Shown here piece by piece: positions 57,506-64,000 of a stretch of DNA of 64,000 nucleotides. Source of the DNA: an uncultured Planctomycetia bacterium (lineage in GTDB: Bacteria > Omnitrophota > Gorgyraeia > VGKH01 > JBHPFN01); contig CAYOSQ010000003.1 of NCBI GenBank assembly GCA_964406665.1, forward strand, positions 38,641 through 102,640, in the 5' to 3' direction. How positions within the stretch are numbered: the first letter of the stretch is position 1; every line of letters starts with the position of its first letter. A program made the translations under genes and the position numbers. The notes under the pieces were generated by a model. The model saw nothing but the letters and a program-made list of their open reading frames with translations. It was not told where the DNA came from and made no database searches.

Positions 57506-58902
57506 AATTATTATTTTGTTCTTCTGAGATTGTACCATTTGCAAAAACAGGCGGGCTTGCAGATGTAGCAGGAGCACTGCCGGTTGCTCTTAAAAAACAA
57601 GGAGTAGATGTTATTGTCGCAATGCCTAAATACAAGGCAGTTGATGAATCTAAATTTCAACTGAAAAAGATTAATGAAAACGTTTATACATCTATCATAG
57701 CAGGTGATATACCTGTTTATTTTATTGAGAATAAGCACTTATTTGACCGAGAAGGCCTTTATGGCGATAGCAAGGGTGATTATAAAGATAATTTTGATAG
57801 ATTTAATTTTTATTGCAAAAAAACAATAGAACTTTTAAAAGAAATTGATTTTAAGCCGGATATCATACACTGTAATGATTGGCAGACTGGCTTAATCCCC
57901 ACATATTTAAAAACAATTTACAAAGATGACGATTTTTATCGGGGGATAAAAACTGTGTTTACCATACATAATCTTGCTTATCAGGGAGTTTTTGAGAAGA
58001 ACGAATTCCCTAAGCTTGGTCTTAGCTGGGATCTTTTTGATGTTAATGGATTAGAATTCTATGGAAAGTTAAGTTTTTTGAAAGCTGGACTCGAATTTGC
58101 TGATTTGATTAATACGGTAAGTCCTACTTATTCTCAGGAAATTCAAACAAAGGAATTTGGCTGTGGTCTTGAGGGTGTTTTGATAAAAAGAAAAGATATG
58201 CTTTTTGGAGTAATAAACGGGCTGGATTATAAGCTTTGGGATCCTGCCCAAGACAATTTAATTTTTGAAAAATATACTTCTGAAGATCTAAGGGGGAAAC
58301 TAAAGAATAAAATTGAACTGCAGAAATTCTGTGGTCTTTCAGAAAATAAAGACGCTGTGGTTCTGGGTTTTGTTGGAAGGCTTGCCGAGCAGAAGGGCAT
58401 AGATTTAATCGCTGGAACAATTAAAGACCTTGATAAATTGAAAATCCAGCTTGTAGTTTTAGGAACCGGAGATATGAAGTACCATAAACTTATGGAGAAA
58501 GCTGCTAAAAAATTCACCAAAAATGTTTCAGTGCACCTGAAATTTGACAACACTTTAGCTCATAGGATTTATGCAGGAAGTGATATGTTTCTTATGCCGT
58601 CTCGCTACGAACCCTGCGGATTGGGTCAGATGATTAGTTTCAAATATGGCACTATTCCCATAGTTCGTAAAACCGGTGGTTTAGCTGATACAGTCGTAGA
58701 TGCTGTAGCTTATAATAGCGATGGAAATGGTTTTGTTTTTGAGAATTGTAAATCAAAAGATTTCTTTAAGGCAGTAAAATCTGCCGTTACTTATTATAGA
58801 GATACTGGGCGTTGGCAGAAGCTTATGAAGCGCGTTATGTCATATGATTTTTCTTGGGATGAATCTGCAAGAAAATATTTAGAAATTTACAAAAAATGTT
58901 AA
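57502..58902 (+). CDS. glgA: Glycogen synthase (ADP-glucose type, GT5)
   Basis: 466 aa. GTG start overlapping polA stop. N-terminal SEIVPFAKTGGLADV signature. C-terminal GT-B motifs. Confidence 0.9.
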   Translation: MKLLFCSSEIVPFAKTGGLADVAGALPVALKKQGVDVIVAMPKYKAVDESKFQLKKINENVYTSIIAGDIPVYFIENKHLFDREGLYGDSKGDYKDNFDRFNFYCKKTIELLKEIDFKPDIIHCNDWQTGLIPTYLKTIYKDDDFYRGIKTVFTIHNLAYQGVFEKNEFPKLGLSWDLFDVNGLEFYGKLSFLKAGLEFADLINTVSPTYSQEIQTKEFGCGLEGVLIKRKDMLFGVINGLDYKLWDPAQDNLIFEKYTSEDLRGKLKNKIELQKFCGLSENKDAVVLGFVGRLAEQKGIDLIAGTIKDLDKLKIQLVVLGTGDMKYHKLMEKAAKKFTKNVSVHLKFDNTLAHRIYAGSDMFLMPSRYEPCGLGQMISFKYGTIPIVRKTGGLADTVVDAVAYNSDGNGFVFENCKSKDFFKAVKSAVTYYRDTGRWQKLMKRVMSYDFSWDESARKYLEIYKKC

Positions 58903-59537
58903 TTGTCGGAATAACAGGCAGTTTTGGAACAGGCAAGACAACAGTTTCTAAAATATTTAGAAATTTTGGTGTGAAGGTAATTGATGCGGATAAGATCTCT
59001 CGGAATATTTTAAAACCAGGGACAAAAGCTTTTAGAGCTGTTGTGCGCAATTTTGGTAAAGAAATTCTTTTATCTGATAGAAATAAAATCGATAGAAAAA
59101 AACTTGCCGAAGTTGTTTTTGGGAATAAAGCAAAGGTTAAAAAGCTCTCAAGAATTATCCATCCCTTGGTAATAAAAGAGATGAAGAAAGAGGTAGCTCT
59201 TTACAGAAAGTTAAATAAGAAAATCGTTGTTATTGATGCACCGTTGTTAATAGAGGCTGATTTATTAAGTCTTGTTGATAAATTATTAGTTGTCAAAGTC
59301 AAAAATAATGTTCAGTTTAAAAGATTGCAAAGTAAGAGAGGTTTCAATAGTTCACAAATAGCAAAACGAATAAAAGCGCAGTTATCTATTAAGAAAAAGA
59401 TTAGCCTAGCGGATTATGTTATAGATAATTCCGGTTCGTTGACTAATACAAAAAAACAGGTTAAGAAAATTTGGGAAAACTTAAGGACTGATGTTAAAAT
59501 AATGAATTTTAACATAGGTACAAAAAAGGAGGAGTAA
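58896..59537 (+). CDS. coaE: Dephospho-CoA kinase
   Basis: 213 aa. [13 protein letters not shown]-loop, VIDAD. Confidence 0.85.
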   Translation: MLIVGITGSFGTGKTTVSKIFRNFGVKVIDADKISRNILKPGTKAFRAVVRNFGKEILLSDRNKIDRKKLAEVVFGNKAKVKKLSRIIHPLVIKEMKKEVALYRKLNKKIVVIDAPLLIEADLLSLVDKLLVVKVKNNVQFKRLQSKRGFNSSQIAKRIKAQLSIKKKISLADYVIDNSGSLTNTKKQVKKIWENLRTDVKIMNFNIGTKKEE

Positions 59538-59538
59538 A

Positions 59539-60795
59539 GTGGCACAGATAGACATTGGACTTTTAAAGGACAAAAAAATCTCTGAGTTAAATAAGTTCGC
59601 CAAGGAGCTGGGGGTAAACGGATTAAGCGGGATAAAGAAGCAAGACTTAATCTTTAAAATTCTCCAGGCTAACGCGGAAAAAGAAGGGCTTATGTTTGGT
59701 GAGGGGGTGTTGGAGATATTGCCCGAGGGATTTGGATTCCTTAGATCTACTAACTATAATTATTTACCTTGTCCAGACGATATATATATATCACCTTCTC
59801 AAATTAGAAAGTTTAATCTTAAAACTGGAGATACGGTAAGTGGGCAGATTCGTCCTCCCAAAGAGGGAGAGAAATATTTTGCTCTTCTTAAAGTTGAGGC
59901 GGTGAATTTTGAGAATCCAGAAGCTTCTAAAGAGAAGATTCTTTTTGACAATCTTACACCACTATATCCTAAAGAAAGGCTGTTGCTTGAGACTACAGGG
60001 AAAGAAGTTTCTATGAGAGTTATGGATTTATTAACTCCATTAGGCAAAGGGCAGCGTGCTCTTATAGTGGCCCAGCCCTATAGTGGTAAAACAGTTTTGC
60101 TTCAGAAAATCGCAAATTCTATTACTGCGAATCATCCTGAAGTAAAGATTATAGTTCTTCTGATCGATGAGCGCCCTGAAGAAGTCACTGATATGCAAAG
60201 AGGAGTAAAGGGTGAGGTTATATCATCAACATTCGATGAACCCGCAGAAAGGCATGTTCAGATTGCTGAAGTGGTTCTTGAGAAGGCAAAGCGGTTAACT
60301 GAACACAAGAAAGACGTTGTTATTTTGCTTGATAGCATAACTAGACTAGCCAGGGCTTATAATGCCGTAGTTCCACATAGTGGAAAGATATTATCTGGTG
60401 GCGTGGATTCTAATGCATTGCATAAGCCTAAGAGATTTTTCGGTGCTGCGCGTGCTTTAGAAGAGGGCGGAAGCTTAACTATCATTGCCACCGCCTTGGT
60501 AGATACCGGAAGCCGTATGGATGAAGTTATTTTTGAAGAGTTTAAAGGAACGGGAAATATGGAGTTGCAGCTAGATCGTTCTTTGTTCCAGCGTAGGATT
60601 TATCCAGCGATAGACATTAAACGTTCAAACACTCGTCATGAAGAGCTGCTTATTGAAGAAAATGAATTGCAAAAAGTGTGGCTGATGAGGAAGGTTTTAA
60701 ATGAGCTTAATTCAGCCGAGGCAATGGAATTATTAATAGATAAGCTATCTAAGACTAAGACAAACGAGGAATTCCTTAACAATATGAATAAGTAA
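59539..60795 (+). CDS. rho: Transcription termination factor Rho
   Basis: 418 aa. GTG start after AAGGAGG. N-terminal RNA-binding domain. RecA-like ATPase with Walker A GKTVLLQ. Confidence 0.95.
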   Translation: MAQIDIGLLKDKKISELNKFAKELGVNGLSGIKKQDLIFKILQANAEKEGLMFGEGVLEILPEGFGFLRSTNYNYLPCPDDIYISPSQIRKFNLKTGDTVSGQIRPPKEGEKYFALLKVEAVNFENPEASKEKILFDNLTPLYPKERLLLETTGKEVSMRVMDLLTPLGKGQRALIVAQPYSGKTVLLQKIANSITANHPEVKIIVLLIDERPEEVTDMQRGVKGEVISSTFDEPAERHVQIAEVVLEKAKRLTEHKKDVVILLDSITRLARAYNAVVPHSGKILSGGVDSNALHKPKRFFGAARALEEGGSLTIIATALVDTGSRMDEVIFEEFKGTGNMELQLDRSLFQRRIYPAIDIKRSNTRHEELLIEENELQKVWLMRKVLNELNSAEAMELLIDKLSKTKTNEEFLNNMNK

Positions 60796-60844
60796 CACAT
60801 GTGAATATTAGGGTTAAGTTTTAAATAGGAAAAAAGGTTTTTTT

Positions 60845-60853
60845 TGGTATAAT
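60845..60853 (+). promoter_or_regulatory. Extended -10 promoter element (TGgTATAAT) upstream of rpmE
   Basis: TG at 60845-60846. TATAAT at 60848-60853. About 25 nt before the GGGAGG RBS. Confidence 0.45.
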
Positions 60854-60877
60854 GTGTAAATAAAAAGGGAGGACAAA

Positions 60878-61078
60878 ATGAAAAAAGAAACACATCCAAA
60901 TTATAAAGAAACCACAATTACTTGTGCTTGTGGAGAAGTAATTCATACCAGATCTACAGGGCAGAATATCCGCGTGGAAATTTGTTCAAAGTGTCATCCG
61001 TTTTTTACGGGGCAACAAAAGATTGTTGATACCGCAGGACGAGTTGAGAAGTTCATGAAGCGCTATAAGAAAAAATAA
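60878..61078 (+). CDS. rpmE: 50S ribosomal protein L31 (Zn-ribbon type)
   Basis: 66 aa. MKK.THP.Y. N-terminus. CxC...[10 protein letters not shown] zinc-ribbon. Confidence 0.9.
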   Translation: MKKETHPNYKETTITCACGEVIHTRSTGQNIRVEICSKCHPFFTGQQKIVDTAGRVEKFMKRYKKK

Positions 61079-61090
61079 ACATTTTTAAAA

Positions 61091-62146
61091 ATGCACGAAG
61101 ATCTTAAGGCTACAGAAGAAAGATATAGGGAGCTTGAGAGGCTTTTAGCCGATCACGAGGTACTTTCTGATAAGAATCAGTATCAGCAATATGCTAAGGA
61201 ATTATCGTCAATTACTGAGCTGGTTAAAACTTATCGTGAATACAAAAGAATTTCTTCAGAAAAGAAAGGCTTAGAAGAGCTCTTATCTGAAAAACAGGGC
61301 GATAAGGATTTTCTCGAGTTAGCAAAAAAAGAAGTTGAGCAGCTAGGAGTCAAAGAAGAAGAATTGAATTCTACTATTGAAAAGTTGACCTGCGAAGAAG
61401 AAAAAGGTTTAGATAGAGACGTAATTGTTGAGATTCGTGCCGGTACCGGCGGTCTCGAGGCTAGTCTTTTTGCAGCTGATCTTTACAGGATGTATAATAA
61501 ATTTTCCTCAACAAATAATTGGAATGTTGAAGTAATGAATTCACATCCTACGGAAGCGGGAGGATTTAAAGAAGTCGTTTTCAGCATTAAGGGAAAAGAA
61601 GTTTATAGAAAGATGCGTTATGAAAGCGGAGTTCATCGTGTGCAAAGAGTTCCTGCAACTGAGGCATCTGGTAGAATTCATACTTCAACTGCAACAGTTG
61701 CCGTACTTGTTGAGCCCGAAGAAGTTGATTTTAAAATAGACCCTAAAGATTTAAAAATAGATGTATTCCGTTCATCCGGTCCTGGAGGTCAAAGTGTTAA
61801 CACAACCGATTCTGCTATTAGGATAACTTATCTTCCTACAGGTATGGTGGTTATTTGTCAGGATGAAAGGTCGCAGCTTAAAAATAAACATAAGGCCATG
61901 AGAGTTTTAAGGGCGCGCTTGTTAGATGAGGCTCAAAGAGCTGAGAAGTCAAAAATTACCGAGGAGAGAAGGTCTCAGATCGGCACGGGTGAGCGCTCAG
62001 AAAAAATACGCACTTATAATTTCCCTGATAGAAGAGTAACGGATCATAGAATAAATTTTACTATTCATAGATTAGAAGCAGTATTAGAAGGTAATCTTGA
62101 TGAAGTGGTTAATGCTTTGACAGAGGAAGATAAGAAAAGATCATGA
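61091..62146 (+). CDS. prfA: Peptide chain release factor 1
   Basis: 351 aa. Tripeptide-recognition region PATE. GGQ in [11 protein letters not shown]. Confidence 0.95.
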   Translation: MHEDLKATEERYRELERLLADHEVLSDKNQYQQYAKELSSITELVKTYREYKRISSEKKGLEELLSEKQGDKDFLELAKKEVEQLGVKEEELNSTIEKLTCEEEKGLDRDVIVEIRAGTGGLEASLFAADLYRMYNKFSSTNNWNVEVMNSHPTEAGGFKEVVFSIKGKEVYRKMRYESGVHRVQRVPATEASGRIHTSTATVAVLVEPEEVDFKIDPKDLKIDVFRSSGPGGQSVNTTDSAIRITYLPTGMVVICQDERSQLKNKHKAMRVLRARLLDEAQRAEKSKITEERRSQIGTGERSEKIRTYNFPDRRVTDHRINFTIHRLEAVLEGNLDEVVNALTEEDKKRS

Positions 62147-62928
62147 CAGAAATCGAACAGATGCTTACATCACTTCTAAGTTGCAAGAGGACTGATTTAT
62201 ATACTAAGGATATTACATTTAATAATGGTAAATTTAATCAGCTTTTAACCATGCTTAAACGTAGAGAAAATGGAGAACCTTTGCAATATATTTTAGGAGA
62301 AGCTGAATTTATGGGATTAGATTTTAAGGTTGATAAAAGAGTTCTTATTCCTCGTCCTGAAACTGAAATTATTACAGAGAAAGCAATTGAGCTAAGTAAG
62401 AATAATTCAATTTCTAAAATATTAGATCTTTGTACTGGTTGTGGGAATATCGCAGTAAGCCTTGTTTGTTCTTTGCCTAATGTTGAAGTCTTTGCTTCAG
62501 ATATCTCTGTTTCTGCGCTTAGTCTGGCAAAAAAGAATGCTCTCAGGCATAAAATGCAAAAGAAAATTAAATTTGTTCAGTCAGATTTGTTTAAGGCGTT
62601 TACTAAAAGAAATTCTCCAAAGTTTGATTTTATCGTTAGCAATCCTCCTTATGTAAGAAACGAAGAAATTGACACCTTGCAGAAAGAAGTCAGAAGAGAA
62701 CCGCGCATTGCTTTAGACGCCGGAGTTGATGGCCTTGATTTTTATAGAAGAATAATAAACAATGCCGCCTTGGTATTAAAAAAAGATGGTTTTGTTTTAC
62801 TCGAGATCGGTTTTGGACAAGTGCAACATATAAAGAAAATAGTGCTTTCATCAAAAAGGTTTATATTGCAAGAGATAATTAAAGATTATCGCAATATTGA
62901 CAGAGGTATTTTGTTAAAACTTAAATAG
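62143..62928 (+). CDS. prmC: Release-factor glutamine N5-methyltransferase
   Basis: 261 aa. SAM motif LDLCTGCG, catalytic NPPY. ATGA-coupled to prfA. Confidence 0.85.
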   Translation: MTEIEQMLTSLLSCKRTDLYTKDITFNNGKFNQLLTMLKRRENGEPLQYILGEAEFMGLDFKVDKRVLIPRPETEIITEKAIELSKNNSISKILDLCTGCGNIAVSLVCSLPNVEVFASDISVSALSLAKKNALRHKMQKKIKFVQSDLFKAFTKRNSPKFDFIVSNPPYVRNEEIDTLQKEVRREPRIALDAGVDGLDFYRRIINNAALVLKKDGFVLLEIGFGQVQHIKKIVLSSKRFILQEIIKDYRNIDRGILLKLK

Positions 62929-62934
62929 TTCATT

Positions 62935-64000
62935 ATGGATAAACTTGTTGTTTACGGTGGAAAGTCATTACGGGGGACTGTTTCAATAGGTGGAGCAAAG
63001 AACGCAGTCTTGCCTATTCTGGCCGCAACTCTGCTTACTGATAAACCGTGTGTTATCAAGCGCGCCCCTCGTCTTAGGGATACTTTGACCATGCTTAGAA
63101 TTTTACGTTCTTTGGGCAAGCCGATAGAATTTGAAGGTGATACTATTATAGTCGGCAAAAGTAATTCAGATAAATACACAGCTGATTACGATTTAGTTTC
63201 TACCATGAGAGGTTCATTTTGTGTATTAGGTCCTCTACTGGCAAAGTTGAATATTGCTAAAGTATCTTTACCGGGAGGATGCGTTATCGGAGTGCGTCCT
63301 GTAGATTTACATTTAAAAGGTATAAAAGCACTCGGTGCTGATTTACAAATAGATTCAGGTTACGTTGTGGCTAAGGCTAAGCGTTTGAAGGGAAGCCATG
63401 TATATCTTGGGGGTGAATTTGGAGCTTCTGTTTTAGCAACAGCAAATGTGATGATGGCTGCAACTTTGGCAAAGGGAGAAACTATTATAGAAGCTGCTGC
63501 TTGTGAGCCGGAAGTAATTGATTTGGCAAATTTTCTCAATAAAATGGGAGCTAAGATAAATGGACAAGGTACGCCGCAAATAGTTATTCAAGGGGTGAAA
63601 GAACTTCACGGAGCGGAGCATTCTGTAATTTCTGATAGAATTGAGGCAGGAACCTTTATGATTGCAGCTGCAATAACTAAAGGTGATGTATTGATACAGG
63701 GCATAAATTGGCAGAATCTTTTAGCTTTAATTGATAAATTACAAGGCGCAGGAGTTACTATAAAAAAATCACAAGGGCAGATACGTGTTAAAATGAGCAG
63801 AAGGCCAAGGCCACTGAATACAACAACATTTCCCTATCCGGGTTTTCCTACAGATATGCAGGCACAGTTTATGGCTTTGATGTCAATCGCCCCCGGCGTT
63901 AGCGTAATTACTGAAAAAGTTTATCCAGATAGATTTATGCATATTGCAGAATTAAATAGAATGGGTGCAAATATTTTACGCGAAGGCCCTCATGCAATTA
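62935..64000 (+). CDS. murA: UDP-N-acetylglucosamine 1-carboxyvinyltransferase, 3'-truncated by window edge
   Basis: The frame is open from ATG 62935 to the window end. MDKLVVYGGKSLRGTVSIGGAKNAVLPILAA... is the canonical MurA N-terminus. It is not in the ORF track because there is no stop inside the window. Confidence 0.9.
   Translation, partial: MDKLVVYGGKSLRGTVSIGGAKNAVLPILAATLLTDKPCVIKRAPRLRDTLTMLRILRSLGKPIEFEGDTIIVGKSNSDKYTADYDLVSTMRGSFCVLGPLLAKLNIAKVSLPGGCVIGVRPVDLHLKGIKALGADLQIDSGYVVAKAKRLKGSHVYLGGEFGASVLATANVMMAATLAKGETIIEAAACEPEVIDLANFLNKMGAKINGQGTPQIVIQGVKELHGAEHSVISDRIEAGTFMIAAAITKGDVLIQGINWQNLLALIDKLQGAGVTIKKSQGQIRVKMSRRPRPLNTTTFPYPGFPTDMQAQFMALMSIAPGVSVITEKVYPDRFMHIAELNRMGANILREGPHAI

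Noticed and set aside
60820-60845. GGAAAAAAGG TTTTTTTT run after rho, considered as a terminator
   Set aside because: It has an A-tract/T-tract but no GC-rich stem, so it is not a convincing intrinsic terminator. It may still contribute to the rpmE promoter UP-element.

Overview
The window is gene-dense (~38% GC) and looks like an anaerobic, diderm, probably uncultivated-lineage bacterium (candidate-phylum-like, e.g. Omnitrophota-type; this is inference only). Every one of the ~65 confident CDSs lies on the + strand, and many use overlapping or ATGA-coupled starts. From 5' to 3' the window contains: (1) a complete KDO branch of LPS synthesis (kdsB partial, kdsA, kdsD, kdsC) followed by an LptC-like anchor and lptB. 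(2) A PPIase-less trigger factor and clpP, with no clpX. (3) A class-V aminotransferase, then an HMGL-like aldolase paired with eda. (4) A tandem triplet of paralogous, signal-peptide-bearing, cysteine-rich proteins of unknown family (8713-10886), each ending in ...LCCK, with their own TTGACG-17-TACAAT promoter. (5) serA. (6) A small membrane protein, a DUF1573::DsbD/CcdA-like fusion, and a secreted protein carrying a degenerate 5'-nucleotidase-like domain plus a CKTC thioredoxin/DsbA-like domain. Together these look like a candidate extracytoplasmic thiol-disulfide system placed beside the Cys-rich triplet. (7) An IPMS/homocitrate-synthase-like enzyme, purA, an OmpA-family lipoprotein, and a DUF4912 + GH57 branching-enzyme pair. 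(8) The isoprenoid/envelope block uppS-cdsA-dxr-rseP, an HD-GYP protein and ispG. (9) The proS-rimP-nusA-infB block, trpS, scpA and ruvB. (10) A queuosine block: queH, a DUF2905 protein, a SpoIID/LytB-domain protein, queA, tgt and trmD. (11) rplS, rnhB and yraN. (12) A Wood-Ljungdahl block: fhs, fchA-like, folD, metF, cooC, cooS, cooF, an FAD/NAD(P) oxidoreductase and acsB. (13) polA, glgA, coaE, rho, rpmE, prfA, prmC and murA (partial). I found no rRNA, tRNA, CRISPR array, transposase or integrase. The most novel content is the Cys-rich secreted triplet together with its neighbouring thiol-disulfide module.
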